A stretch of DNA of 64,000 nucleotides from Octopus vulgaris (GCA_951406725.2 OX597820.1:39742001-39806000); one strand, 5' to 3'. Numbered from the stretch's first letter, positions 1 to 12,790 are shown. Program-made: numbers and translations. Notes: generated from the sequence alone by a model not told the origin.

Positions 1-360
1 CTGTCGATCAAAATGGTCATCAACAACAGATAAAATGTTCTCATCATACTGATACTGGTGCTCAGCTGAGTATTTTTCTATGTTTCTAAACAGATGATAA
101 CCAGAAGGAACCAAATCACTAACATAGGGAGGATGATCAACCAGTTCAAAGCCAGTCACACACAGCAGCCATTGAAACCAAGGAGTTGTGTGCTGAAGCA
201 TTGTCCTAATGAAACAAGACCCCATTCATCAGTTTTATGGGTGTTTGGTCTTGATAGACTTTCATAACTGCCTTAGGATATTGGTATTGAAATTTTCCAT
301 TGGTGGTGTGATCATTTTGAAGATAGCCAATAAACACAATATTTTTTGCATTAATGCATA
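1..360 (-). mobile_element. Mariner transposase remnant (C-terminal DD34D region), decayed
   Basis: ORF 206..535 ends IVFIGYLQNDHTTNG...KLMNGVLFH. Reading on across stops and frameshifts gives DNA.AH...FELVDHPPY.SDL.PS.YHLF, the mariner HQDNA and HPPYSPDLAPSD motifs. Confidence 0.8.
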
Positions 361-670
361 GTATATATAATAATGTGAAGTATATTTTGCATATTAAAAT
401 GTTTAATTTTGGAAATGTATGAAGCAGCTCTAAAATAAGCAGTAAAAATACAAATTGCAAGTTTTTCAAACTGTGGGATACTACATGACAAAAACTAACA
501 AAAACAGGAAGAAAATAGTGGTGCTTGTGTTCCAAAGGTACAATGGGAAGGCTCAGGAGAAGGATACAGAGATGGGGTAGAGGGAAGGAAGTTAGAAGGA
601 AAGAAAAGAATGAAAAGTGAAAAGATAAACTGGGGATCTGAAATGTGTACTAGGCAGGAAATTGGCCCCT

Positions 671-853
671 GTGCCAGTGGCACGTAAAAACAGCACCCAC
701 AACACTCACGGAGTGGTTGGCGTTGGGAAGGGCATCCAGCTGTAGAAACACTGCCAAATCAGACTGGAGCTTGGTGCAGCCTCCTCGCTTCCCAGGTCCC
801 ATTCGAACCGTTCAACCTATTCCAGCATGGAAAATGGACATTAAACGATGATG
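671..853 (+). mobile_element. SINE 3' portion with RTE-type tail
   Basis: Contains GGTTGGCGTTGGGAAGGGCATCCAGCTGTAGAAAC and ends CATGGAAAATGGACATTAAACGATGATG, a tail style seen in RTE-mobilised SINEs. Confidence 0.5.
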
Positions 854-1303
854 TCTTACCTATGCACTGGTCAAGTAGAAAAACGATGAGTGATAAAAAA
901 TTGGATAGTTTTTGGTACCAAAAATGTGAAGAAAGAAAGTAGAGAAGGTTAGGGAAGAGCAAGTAGGAAGAAAGAGAGAGTGCGGAGAAATAAGGGAATA
1001 AAGATAGACGGTAGTTGACAGAGATGGACAGAGGAAGAAATGGAAGGCAGTAAAGAGAGAAAAGCAGCAGATAGGTTGAGAGGTAGATAGAGGGGAGAGG
1101 AGAATGACAGAGAAATAGATAGAAATGAGAGACAGTCTTGCACCAAATATTGAACACTGTGTAGGGTACCACTGAGTGGGAACAGAAGTGAGTGTGTGGC
1201 ATTACATTGACTAACAGCCATAAAATGTTGCACAGAAAGTCAACACACACACATATATAATGATGAAGGAAATTGCTGTGTACAGTGCTCAGGTGCACAA
1301 CAA

Positions 1304-1750
1304 CTAAAAAGAAAAAATATGGCCATCAGGTGTACTGTTGGCGGGTTTCAGGACACATGGAAGCTGCATTGTATCCAGGTCTGGTTGCAGGATAGGATCT
1401 GTTCTTTTTATTTCAAGGTACAGCTTGGTGTTAACTGCATATTTCAGCACTGAAACATTACTCAAATTGGCATCTATATCATTAATAAATGCAACCAACA
1501 GTAAGGGTCCAAGAACAGATCCCTGTGGTACACCAGAAGTAATCTTGTAGGGTGTAGAATGATGTCCTAGAACTGTAACTACATCTTTCCGGCCGAGAAT
1601 GAAGGACTTCAGCCAGTTATAGAGATCATCCTTCACACTCACTGCAGGGATTTTTACCATGAGTCTTTTGTGTTACAGAGTTGAAGGCTTTAGCAAAATC
1701 AGGGTAGACAGTATCCACCCATGAGCCGCTATCAATAACTCACTGAAATC
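1304..1750 (-). mobile_element. LINE reverse transcriptase core fragment (CR1/L2/Jockey group), decayed
   Basis: VDTVYPDFAKAFNSV, then ORF 1304..1660 with SGVPQGSVLGPLL...INDI...KYAVNTKLY (YADD degenerate). Confidence 0.85.
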
Positions 1751-1799
1751 CTCGGAATATTACTGTCATCCTCGGAATTTCCAGGAAGATTACGACCAA

Positions 1800-2212
1800 T
1801 TTACCAGGAAGTCAGATACCGTTCAATGGACGTGTTTTGGCCTGTATATATCACTATAATTCGACCCATTCTTGACTATTGCATCCATACCCCAAACCCA
1901 TATCTCCAGAAAGACATTCAGCACCTAGAACGGGTTCAGTACTTGGCCACCCGAATGGGCGCGGGCTTGTCTAAGCTTGCGTAAGAGGAACATCTCCAAC
2001 GGCTGGCATTGCCTTCACTCAAACGACGGAGGATGCAGGAAGATCTCATCCGAATTTCAACATCTTCAAAGGACATGTAAACCTACCGTTTACGGATATT
2101 TTCACCCCTGCGCCGGATAGAGGTCTTCGTGAGCATGATCGCAAACTCTATCCCCGACACTTTCGTTTCAACAGGCGGAAGACTGCATTCTCTGTCCGTG
2201 TCGCTGCCCCGT
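1800..2212 (+). mobile_element. LINE ORF2 C-terminal fragment (CR1/L2 group)
   Basis: Translates across lesions to IIRPILDYC...PYLQKDIQHLERVQ..ATRM...LPSLKRRR...DLI...AFSVRV. Confidence 0.8.
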
Positions 2213-2267
2213 GCATAATCCGTATCGCAGCTCCGTGAATAATCTGTATCACAGCCCCGTGCATAAT
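2196..2267. repeat. 24-bp tandem repeat, 3 copies, at a LINE fragment junction
   Basis: ccgtgtcgctgccccgtgcataat / ccgtatcgcagctccgtgaataat / ctgtatcacagccccgtgcataat. Confidence 0.8.
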
Positions 2268-2289
2268 CCAAGCGAATTCTTTGATCCCA

Positions 2290-2715
2290 CAATTCAAGTG
2301 CAGAGACACAACTTAAAATTAATATCATGGAAGTTGATATCCTTGCTGCTTTTAATGATTTAGACCCAAACTCAGCATCTGTACCAAATAGTATTCCAGT
2401 TATATTGCTAAAAAAAACGTGCAAAAACCACCTCATGAAATCATTAAAGGTACTATTTCAAAAGTCGCCAGATACCGTCATATTCCCGAAACTATTGAAA
2501 GAAGCTATAATAAAACCTATATAGGTACAAAGGCGGTAGCAGTGCTGAAGCGAAAAATTACACACCTGTTTCCCTCACGCATTACACATTTAAAATTATC
2601 CAATGCCTTGTCCGAAGACAAAAAGTAATAACATACCTGGAGGAAAACAACTTGGATGACACTCGGTATAGGATTCGAACTGAACGAAGTTGCATGTCAC
2701 AATTCTTACAGCATC
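2290..2715 (+). mobile_element. LINE RT N-terminal fragment related to the 14331-16871 family
   Basis: IPVILLKKTCK...KEAIIKPI..KGGSSAEAKNYTPVSLT...ERSCMSQFLQH parallels FPAVLLKTCR...KGGSRAEAKNYRPVSLT...GRSCRTQLLQH in the long ORF. Confidence 0.8.
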
Positions 2716-2719
2716 CTAA

Positions 2720-3410
2720 CACTATGATGAGGAAAAGATTCCTTCTGGCTTTGATCGCCGCCTCGATACTCTGCCGTGGTAGTTTGAAAGTAGTATCGAT
2801 CATTATGCCGAGATCCGTTTCTACTGTGACCATCTTAAGATGTTGATGTTTGTGGCCAATAGTCAAGAGAGAGTTTGGAGTTGAACCTATTGGCAAATGG
2901 CTGCATTTTGAGGCATTCAAGTTCAGATTCCATTCTTTCGCCCAATTCCAAGATCGGTTCAGCAGCGATTGGAGTATGTCGTATTGATTCCTAGGTGAGA
3001 CAAGTTTGACGTCATCTGCAAATAGGAGAACTCTTCCATCAAGAAAATCTTGCAGGTCGTTGATATAGAGAAGGAAAAGTATTGGCCCAACCACCACCCC
3101 TTGGGGAACGCCGTCGCATGCATTCGTCTCCGCGGAGAGATCTCCATTTATCTGCACCCAAAAGGTTCGATAGTTAAGGAAGGAAGAAATCCACAAAGTC
3201 ACCAATGGATGAATCTTGAATGCTCGAAGTTTGCGCAAGAGAAGTCAGCGATTAACAGAGTCAAACGCCTTTGCCAAGTCCAAAAATACCACGCCCACCA
3301 AGTCTTTTTCATGCATGGTCCTTGTAATCCATTCTTCAAGAAGGAGAACATTTGTTGGGCAAGATCTTCGGGGTAGAAATCCATGCTGCGAGTCGGATAT
3401 TTCTTTGTAC
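2720..3410 (-). mobile_element. LINE RT core fragment
   Basis: QHGFLPRRSC...FLDLAKAFDSVN, then ORF 2582..3238 with GVPQGVVVGPILFLLYINDL...LFADDVKL. Confidence 0.9.
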
Positions 3411-3419
3411 CATATACAG

Positions 3420-3770
3420 ATAATTGTATAATGCTTTGGTTGGAAATAGCTGTGGGAATGACGTGAACATTGTGAATAAAGACAAAGTCGAGTATATTAT
3501 TTCCCCCTAATTGGACGGGTAATGATTTGTTGTATGGGAAAGTTTTTGTTGTATCGAGGAAAGTGTTCATATCCTTCCACTTCAGTTGCTTAGTTCCAGG
3601 CTGGATATAATCCTCGGACCAGCTAAGATTAGTAAAATTAACGACCCCTTTTAAAAGCATATTAGCCTGTGTACTGGCCTCAGCTAGGGTTAGACTTATG
3701 AGTTAAAAAAAGCACCTCTGAAGTGATCTTCGTGGTTAACCGCGTCAGGATGACGGTAGGTACTGCTTTT
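3420..3770 (-). mobile_element. LINE APE-endonuclease C-terminal fragment
   Basis: GVVNFTNLSW...FLDT...GNNILDFVF resembles the GDFN...PTRGNNILDLVF motifs. Confidence 0.5.
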
Positions 3771-4559
3771 AATATAATTTCCTGTTTATATAGATTAGTC
3801 GGAAATTGTCGAATACATTTCTTTGCAAATTAGTTAATTTCAGGGTTGGTCTGCAATCATTTATAGTTAAATGTTCCCTTTCAAAATCTTTTTTTTTTTT
3901 TATTAAACTGGACTAGTATTTCGAATGAGAAATAAGTATCAAAGCATTTAACAATGAGCATTAAATATCAAGGATAAAAATATATCATTTTGTTCCCTTG
4001 TCAAACTTTGGACCTAACAACCCAAATGAGAAAACCGATATGACTGAAAGAATATTTAAAGAGCTTTTATTTTTAGGCTGAGGTCAAACATTCGAATCCA
4101 TTCAACCATGTCTGTCTTTAGCAACATCAACTTCAAAGAACTGGAGAGAGGTGACAGACTGAGAGAGAACAAGAACCTTCACACATTTTCAGGATTGCAA
4201 GATTTTGGAGTTATTTTTGTCAGAATAGAGCTGTCTTCAAGAATCCAAGTAATGCTATGTATTGAAGAGTAACCGTAGATGCTGGTCATGTTGCTGTTCT
4301 TGTTGATTGCTGCTACTGTTGTTGTTGTCACATACTTTTTATTTTGACGCTACTTTGCTTCAGAAGTTGGTTAGTCATAAATTCCCTTGGGAATTTTAAG
4401 CCCCGCTTCATCACTTTATTTATTTTTGTGCTTTGTTTTTGCTTTGAAACGAAATCTAGCTTTAAGCATCTTATACAGATAATTTTTTAGACACTATTTT
4501 CTGAAACTGGTAAAATTATGTAGGGGGTGTAAAGTTTGATCTTGCACCACCTGAAAATT

Positions 4560-4607
4560 CCAAGGAGTGCAGGTGCACCCGCTGCACCCCCTGTTCCTGG
4601 GCCCTTG
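4560..4607 (-). mobile_element. Possible hAT-type DNA transposon terminus
   Basis: GC-rich CAAGGGCCCAGGAACAGGGGGTGCAGCGGGTGCACCTGCAC in AT-rich context; no partner end found. Confidence 0.3.
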
Positions 4608-6254
4608 ATACCGGTATATTAAAAAAATTCATTTTATCAAAAATATTCTTTTAACAAATCCTGGAAACTGAAATTGTTCTTGAAATTGTGCCTCCTATCA
4701 TAAACCTCAAAGTTATATAGCTATTTCTCTAATAGCATTCATTCATTCAATAAATATTTTTTTACATTAAGTATATAGAATAAACTGTGGGTTTTGTAAA
4801 TAGCGAATTAAATCTTGAAATGGAAACATTGAAATGAATATATATTTAATTATCATTAATGAAAATAGAGGTGTGTGTGTGTGTGAGAGAGAGAGTGAGG
4901 GAGAGAGAGAGAGAGAGACTGTTGCAGATGAAAACAGAAAATTTCACCCGCAACAAATTAATATTGTTTACTAAATATTAAAATTTACTCCGCAGTGAAT
5001 GCAACGAATATTTAAATTTGTGAAAAACTTGTGGTTCAAATATTCAATAAACTTGAAGAATCGAAATTACAAGAAACGTCTTGGAACATGACTATATAAA
5101 AACATTTCCTGGCGGTCAAGCCTTTAATAATTGCAATCTTCTAGTAACTGTTACATACCTAATTAATAAGCAGTTTTCTCTATTATAATATAGATATCAA
5201 CTGGAATTCATAATCTTCAATCCATTACTTTTGTTATTGATCTTTAAGTGGTAGCCACTCTCATAGATTAATCGTTGTTGCTGTTTCTATTTCAAATCAA
5301 AGATGGAAACACATTATTTCTAGTATCTCAGAGAAGTTATGTTTGGTTGGCTAGGTGTATCTAGAACAGCTTCTTTATGTTGTCGTGTTTCCCATTGCAT
5401 TTCATTGGATGTAAAAGATACACATTTTGTGGACATGTTATCTAAAATTGTAAGCATTTTATACATTGTTTTCAAAATGTTTAATGATAATAGCCTGCAA
5501 CTGTATAGTGAATGTCTTCGCCTATTCTGCTTCATTCAGCTAGATTTACACGTGCTAGCCAGAGCTGATATTTATTAACGTGCATAGCATTCAGGTCATA
5601 GAAGCGGCCTTGTAAAGGAATGCCTTTATAGTTAGCTGTTATACTTGTCGTTTGGAAGTTTTTATAGCTTGTTGGATTTAGATTTCTTGTTGTGATGTTC
5701 TATTCACTCCCTTGTGTATGTTATTACCATTACTTTTACAATTCATAGTGTGAAAAGATGCAGCAACATGTTTCTTTCTTAAAATAGGATTAAGGTATTC
5801 ACTGGAAATTCACTGAAACGAAATTTCTTGTAGCTGAAAAAATATGAACATGCAAAGTATCACAATCTCTATTAATCAGCGAGGAAACATCTACTTGATT
5901 CAGCAAGGGAACCTCTATGTGACCTAATGAAGGAGCTTCGATATCGTTGCTCCTTCGTCTAGAAATAGCAGCTAAGTCTCCCTTGTATCACATTCTAGCA
6001 TCTCTAAAACATTCAGACACATTATATAAGGTGATGACAAATAAGACGAGATGATTGCAGCTGGAACGCTTTGTTTTAGAGGTCTGCTTGATGAGGACAG
6101 TTTGCTTCGGAATGGAGGACAATGACAACAACGACGTCCAGTACGAAGTCTACCGACATTAACTAATGTTATTCTTTGTTTCATCAGTAACATGAATATT
6201 CATCAGCCATAAGCCAGGTAACCGCCCTGTATCCAAGGCTTGTATCTAAGGCTT

Positions 6255-7200
6255 GCCAAGACTATTCTATTCCCGGTGTTGTGCACGTAATCAGCCAGGT
6301 TCTTCTTTCCATTCCATTCTTTGATATCCTCAGCCGGCAAACGGCTTTGACGGCCTTTTCTATCATCCCGCCAACACTTCCCATCAATATGATCCTAGAC
6401 AATGACTCGGGGCGTATTGTATGTTCAAAATATGAAAGCTTTATGAACTTGATTCTCGACACTAGGTCTCTTTGGACTTTTAGCTTTCTAGTACTATCGC
6501 ATTTGTTACTCTGTCTTTCCAGCTAATCTTGCTCAATCTGCAAAATATTTACAACTTGAAGGCTTCTATCTTCTCTATAGTTGTGTGCATTATGCAAATT
6601 GCTACACCGTAGAAGACAATTTAATACTTTACTAGCCTCAAATTTAGATGGAATGTTATGTCTTGTGAGGTGAAAACCTTTTTTTTATATATATATATAT
6701 ATATAAATGTTTTAGCCTCATTCATTCTTTGAGTAACTTCTTCAAAGCGACCTTCTTAATTTATTATGTCGTAAATGCTTGAAATGTTTTTACTTACTCA
6801 AGCTTCTGTCCAACTGTATGCTTGCTTCATTTGTTCTCTCTTATTAATAATCATTCTGTTTGTCTTTTTTATACATTCTTATTTAGACCTTTCTTGTCGC
6901 ATTATTCTTTTACAACATCTACAATTTCTTGTAATTTCTCGTTGCTGTCTGCCAATAACGCTGTATCACTAGCTTATCTTACATTGTTTATGCTCATGCC
7001 CATTGACTGTTAATCCTTTGATCTCATTTCACTTTCTGAATATATACTCAGTATAGATATTAAATCGGTATGGTGATAATACATATTCTTGTCTTACACC
7101 TCTTTTGATCTCTGATGGTTCTGATATGAATATTACTATCCTGATTAACACTATCAACCACTAAAAATTGACAAACAATTTCTATAATATAATTCGTTGT
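6255..7200 (-). mobile_element. RTE-clade LINE 3' fragment, decayed
   Basis: GVRQECIISPYRFNIYTEYIFR (GVRQGCILSP.LFN motif) and C-terminal KLSYFEHTIRPESLSRIILMGSVGG. Confidence 0.8.
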
Positions 7201-7450
7201 AAAATCAGGAGAAACAGTCACGGCTGGATCGCCTTTGATCATAGGCCTGCAAGATGATGGCTTCTATAAAGATAACGAGCAACAGCAACAATATTTGGAG
7301 TATCTGTACTAACACTACTATTGTTAAGTTAATCGGTAACACGAATAAGTAGTGGCCGTTTTGAATATTATCACGTTTTACGTTGCAGTTCATTTCTCCT
7401 AGTTTGCAACATTCCTAAATAATTTGCAACGTTGCAACGTTCAATCGTTG

Positions 7451-7451
<1 letters not shown>

Positions 7452-7498
<47 letters not shown>

Positions 7499-7525
7499 AA
7501 ATATTACTGCGGTTTTTGCTGCAAT

Positions 7526-7570
<45 letters not shown>

Positions 7571-7668
7571 GGGTGCTGCAGCTGCTGCTGCTACTACTAC
7601 TATTACTAATATTGCTGCTGTTTTTGCTGCAACTACTTCTACTGCAACTACTTCTACTGCGACAGCTG

Positions 7669-7719
<51 letters not shown>

Positions 7720-7742
7720 ATATTGCTGATGTTTTTGCTGCA

Positions 7743-7778
<36 letters not shown>

Positions 7779-7803
7779 CTTCCTCCTCCTCCTCCTCCTC
7801 CTC

Positions 7804-7834
<31 letters not shown>

Positions 7835-8142
7835 AACTATACAACGGTAGTAGTAGCAGTATCACGGCCACTACCGTCACCATTACCAATATCATGATGA
7901 TGATTACCATCATCAACGTCATCATCATTGCCGTCGTCATTGTCATCATCGTCATCGTTGTCATCATCATCATTATCATCATCATCATCATCATCGTCGT
8001 CGTCGTCGTCATCCTCTTTCTCCTCCTCATCCTCCTCCTCCTCCTCCTCATCATCATCATCATCATCATCACCAGCGGTAGTAGCAACAGCAATAGCAGC
8101 AATAGTAGTAGCAGTAACAGCAGTAACAGCAGCAGCAGTAGT
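7452..8142. repeat. Compound trinucleotide microsatellite (CTA, CTG, CTC, ATC, AGY)
   Basis: Read directly; source of the poly-L/S/Y ORFs. Confidence 0.95.
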
Positions 8143-8256
8143 GATGCATGTGCCTAGTGTGCTCTTATCAGACCGGTAGTCATGATGTGTATACCGGGCT
8201 TCGTATATTTTAGCCCAGTGTCACTTTGATGGCGTGCATCGCTCTGTCACTCAAGA
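8143..8256 (+). mobile_element. 3' fragment of the ~560-bp (TAA)n-associated non-coding element
   Basis: Matches 50439-50548 (gatgcatgt.cc...gtagtcatgatg...cccagtgtca.tttgatggc...cactcaa) and is followed by (TAA)n. Confidence 0.8.
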
Positions 8257-8307
8257 ATGATAATAATAATAATTATAATAATAACAATAAGAAGAAAGAG
8301 AAAAAGA

Positions 8308-8369
<62 letters not shown>

Positions 8370-8839
8370 CAGCAGCGGCAGCAGCAGCAGCAGCAACAAC
8401 AAACATATCTATGAATATCTCCAGACAGCGACTGGTTAATAGATATTATCGTGTTAGCTATCGTGACGCTGTAGCCTAAAACGAAGTAACAAAGAAAAAC
8501 ATTTTGATGACGCAATGAATTTTAACCTAACAACGACATATATATATATGTATAGAAAGACTTGTTTTATAGCGGTCGATATCTAAGAGGACACATCGGA
8601 ACAGTGTGCATTGTGGGAGGAAAGTTGCCAAGACAGATGATTGAAGCACTCTTCTAATGGCAGTCTCAGACCAGAATCTGCCAACTAAGCGAAACGAATG
8701 TTAATTTATCGACCAGAATGTTTATTCAGGAAAGAGTTGTGATTGTACAAAGAATTCCCAAAGTTTCTGGGAAACTTATATGATGGTTTTGAGGAAATAT
8801 GTCGCTATGTGATCGTCTTTGGAAGAGATGAGAAGCTGA

Positions 8840-9030
8840 TAATGATGAAGATGCTGCTGTGCTGCTGCTGCTAATGATGATGATGATGATACTGAGGACG
8901 ACGATGAAGAAGAAGGTGAAGGAGACAATGAAAGAGGAAAAAGAGAAAATAATGATAATACTAATAATAATAACATCATCAACAATAACAAAGACGATGA
9001 TGATGATGAAGATGATGATGATGATGACGA
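8840..9030. repeat. (GAT)/(GAA)/(TAA) microsatellite
   Basis: Read directly. Confidence 0.9.
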
Positions 9031-9718
9031 TTTCTTTTATTTGCCACGAAGCCGAGCGATGAGGGGGCAGAATTCAAAGTTAAACATAAAGTGTGAGTGT
9101 TTATATACAGTGGAATAAACGAAATAATAACACGGTATACAATGAAAACGAAAGGAAATATACGTAATATCCAAAGGAAAAAGAGGAAAAAAAGAGAAAT
9201 AAGTGTGATGTAGTCCTTCTGATATAGGAGGGCCTTTAGGGTTAATCGAGGAACCCGACCGCCCAGGATCTCCCTGAACACTAAGGGCAAGTGTTCTCTC
9301 CAATTCCCTTTCTCCGACCCACAGGTCTACACTTAGAGAGGTACCATCTACTCTGGCCATTTTCTCAACATTCATCCACTTTTCAATAAATTCATTCGAG
9401 AACAGCACCCCACTCTCCACTTTCATTTTCCTTTTCAAGTCAAATCTGAAGAAGTCAATGAAACCTCTAGTAAAGAGGAATGCGACACTCCTCATGCCTT
9501 TCAACCTCGTCCACCAGACGACCGCTTTCCTCACGCCGAACAGACAGAGGAAAACTGCCTTACCTGTCCGATTAAAGGAGGGCAACGGAGCGACCATCAC
9601 TATGGCTTCGGCTGATCGATGGATCCGTCCCACACGCGACAGTAGCTGTTGAACATAACTCACAAGTCAGCAATACCTGCTCACTGAACAAGTGCGTGCA
9701 GAATGGCTTCGTCAATGA
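9031..9718 (-). mobile_element. L1/Tx1-group LINE 3' end (ORF2 C-terminus and 3' UTR)
   Basis: DEAILHALVQ (zinc-knuckle remnant), then YVQQLLSRVG...VVWWTRLKG...FRFDLKRKMKVE. Ends GTGGCAAATAAAAGAAA abutting (TCA)n. Confidence 0.7.
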
Positions 9719-9719
9719 G

Positions 9720-9810
9720 AAGAAGAAAGATAATTATAATAATGATAATAATAGTTGCAAAAATAATAATAATAATTATAGTGATAATGATGATAATAAT
9801 AATAATAATA

Positions 9811-9874
<64 letters not shown>

Positions 9875-9897
9875 GGATGATGATGATGATGAGGATA

Positions 9898-9971
<74 letters not shown>

Positions 9972-9990
9972 AATGATAATAATGGTGGTG
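9720..9990. repeat. (TAA)/(GAT) microsatellite
   Basis: Read directly. Confidence 0.95.
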
Positions 9991-9994
9991 GTCA

Positions 9995-10400
9995 CATATA
10001 GTCCGTCCATCCTCAAATGGACTAAGGAGGAAATATCAATACTGGATAGAAGCATGAGGGATTTGATGACACTCCATGGGGCGCTATACCCTAAATCAAA
10101 TGTAAAGAGACTGTAAATAAAAAGAAAGAATGGTGGCAGAGGACTAATTAGTATAGACCAGTGTATAAGGAGTGAAATAGTGATGAAGGTCTGCTGCAAT
10201 ATGCCGTGAAGATATGGGTGTAAATGCAGATGAAATGATGGGCAAGGAAGAGTTTAACGAAAGAGCTGAGGAGAAGAGAAAAGAAGACCTTCTTGAAATG
10301 AGACTGGATGGACAGTTTGAAAGGAATACACAAGACGTTAAGGAGAATACAGTATCGTGGACATGCCTTGAATTTGGGCAGAAAAAAAAAACATAATAAT
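9995..10400 (+). mobile_element. R4/Dong LINE fragment (post-RT region)
   Basis: LKWTKEEISILDRSMRDLMTLHGALYPKSNVKRL*IKRKNGGRGLISI. Confidence 0.8.
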
Positions 10401-10519
10401 AAAGCCTTTGGATTGATAGAATATCTACTTACTTAGAAGAGAGAAAGAAGAAGGGTGTCAAGGTAGCGGATGCAAGTTCTGCTCAAAGGAAGTCAAGCAA
10501 ATGGAAGTCTCCAGGAAAG

Positions 10520-11290
10520 GATGAAACTTCTGGTTGAATGCCTTCCCAGAGTCATGAAATGCAAACAAAACTTTGCAACAACCTAGTATGATTCATTCTT
10601 GACTAGTTAATGGTGTTACATTCCTACTTCCAAAAAATGAAGAAACAAATGAACCAAAAAATTATAGACCTGTAACCTACTTAACAACAATGTATTAAAT
10701 ACTAAGGTATGTCTTGACTGAATATACCTATAGTTTTTTTCATAGAAAGTGGCATATTCCCCAATGAGCAAGGATGTAAACACTGGTCCTATGTTTGTAA
10801 AGATAAGCTACGCATCAATAAGATGATCATGGACGATTGTTACATACTACACAAAAATTTGTCGATATCCTGGATAAACTATGAAAAAGTTGTTGATGCT
10901 CTACCACATAACTGGACTAAGAAATGTCTGAAAACGTATAAAATAGCCTGTGAAAGTTGTTGTCTGTAAGTATGAGATCATGGAGAACCACGCTGACTTT
11001 GAACAGTGACAATGCTGGAGATGTAAGAATTTAATGTGGCATTTTCTAGGGTGACTCTCTATCACCACTTCTCTTTTGTCTAGTCTTAATACCTCTCTCA
11101 AAATTGCTCGATGATGAACAATATGGCTATAAAATTGTTGATAAAAATATAAATCATCTCTTTTACGTGGATGATTTAAAGCTCTGTGCATATAAATGAC
11201 CAACATCTACAGTGCTTACTAACAATTGTTATACAACCAGTGATGACATCAGGATGTAATTTGGCCTCGATAAATGTGCAAAAAACTGTT
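10520..11290 (+). mobile_element. R4/Dong LINE RT fragment, decayed
   Basis: LLPKNEETNEPKNYRPVTYLTTMY...GDSLSPLLFCL...INHLFYVDDLKL...FGLDKCAK. Confidence 0.85.
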
Positions 11291-11649
11291 ATGTTTCTCT
11301 GTGAAATAGGTGGTAGCAAGATTTTGATTATGGATCCAGTCGATTGACGGATCCAACATACAAGCGACAACAGGTGTTCAACATAACTCTGCGTAACAGC
11401 AATGCTCGGGCACTGTACGGGTGCATGCAGAATGGAATCGTTGTTGCTTTAACCGTATTTCACGTGGGTCTGGCTGATTGCACGTCCATGCCTGTAGAGT
11501 TTGTTCAACCAATAATTTCTGGAAATCATCTGCGGGATCCTACCTGGAAGTCTTTCAGATTAGACCAGCAGTCGATTTTCATCGGAACCCGGAGTTGTCG
11601 TCCTTGATCATCACTAAGCCTTTATAGAACGCCAAATTAATTACATTTT

Positions 11650-11770
11650 TAAATATAGGCACAAAAACTGCAATTTTGAGAGAGGGGACAGATCGATTAT
11701 TTCAATTCCAGAGCTCGACTGCTACTTATTTCATCGACCCCGGAATGATAAAAGTTATAGTCTACCTTGA
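11650..11770 (-). mobile_element. Nin/Deu-domain-type SINE 3' part
   Basis: Minus strand reads TTTTATCATTCCGGGGTCGATGAAATAAGTAGCAG...TTGTGCCTATATTTAAAAA; same family as 53410-53610. Confidence 0.55.
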
Positions 11771-11774
11771 ATAA

Positions 11775-11824
11775 TGCCGCTGCTGCTGCTGTTGCTATTG
11801 AAGCTGTTGCTGCTGCTGCTGCTG

Positions 11825-11906
<82 letters not shown>

Positions 11907-11955
11907 ACGTAATAATAATAATAAAAGTAATAATAATAATAATGATAATAATAGA
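11775..11955. repeat. (GCT)/(CTA)/(TAA) microsatellite
   Basis: Read directly. Confidence 0.95.
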
Positions 11956-12459
11956 AAACTAGAAGAAAAAATATGAATATAACAACCAGATATAACAAAA
12001 ATAAAACCAGCTATAGGAACAAGCAGCAAAAGCATCAATGATGAAAGACACTATTCAAAACAGTATACAAACATATATTTACATTCAATTAGCTCTTATA
12101 ATTCTATCTGACAGCTCATTGCCGCCAGGTATCTCCATTTATGTTTATCATATTTATTACAACTCTCTGGTAGTATGTCTTTACTATGTAAGAACTCATG
12201 CTTACTATGACTTCGGGGAAACTTGAGCGTCACTGTATTCTCTCTTTGGATTTGTGTCTAGCCTAAAGAAAGCAATATTTGTTCCAGTCTTCAAACAAAG
12301 AATCCGCCTTCAATATAGTTAACTTCTTTGATAAATTGAGGTCTCTGAATCCACAACGAAACGGTGATATATGGAATTTTATTTACTGTGTATTCTTGTT
12401 TGAAGCCATTTCTTTACTTCAATTCATGTTAAGTTTTTGATTATTTTTCCATCCTTCGA

Positions 12460-12640
12460 TGGTGCAGGGGCATCGCCTTGAAGGGTTTTTTAGTCGAACA
12501 ATTCGGCCAGATTACTGATGTATTTTAAATGTCTGGTACTTTATTCCCAGAGACAGGAAAATACTTATGAGGCGAAGAGCAGCCCAACATCAACATCGAT
12601 TGTCAAGCGGCGGTGGTATGGAGAGACACAGACACAATGA
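12460..12640 (-). mobile_element. Decayed SINE 3' half (family of 51139-51553) containing a 40-bp LINE-derived patch
   Basis: gcatcgccttgaaggg...tagtcgaacaa...ggtact...caacatcgattgtcaagcgg aligns to 51185-51345; 12541-12580 is identical to 14755-14794. Confidence 0.65.
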
Positions 12641-12790
12641 AATATACATACATGCACGATACACATATACATATACACGTACATTCAAACATTTAGTTCA
12701 TATTTCTAGCAGTGCAGGTGTTTCTAAGATCCTTCGTCATATTTAATGACAGTTTTTCCTTGTTGGCACACATTACCTTCCGCTGCCTAC

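Noticed and set aside
7371-8179. Long ORFs with poly-S, poly-L or poly-Y (also 9681-10199, 35386-36369, 42504-43517)
   Set aside because: They are translations of microsatellites, open in several frames on both strands, with no domain content.
11330-11610. Possible Gypsy pol fragment on the minus strand
   Set aside because: Only a weak TIPFCMH-like resemblance across frameshifts; too little to call.
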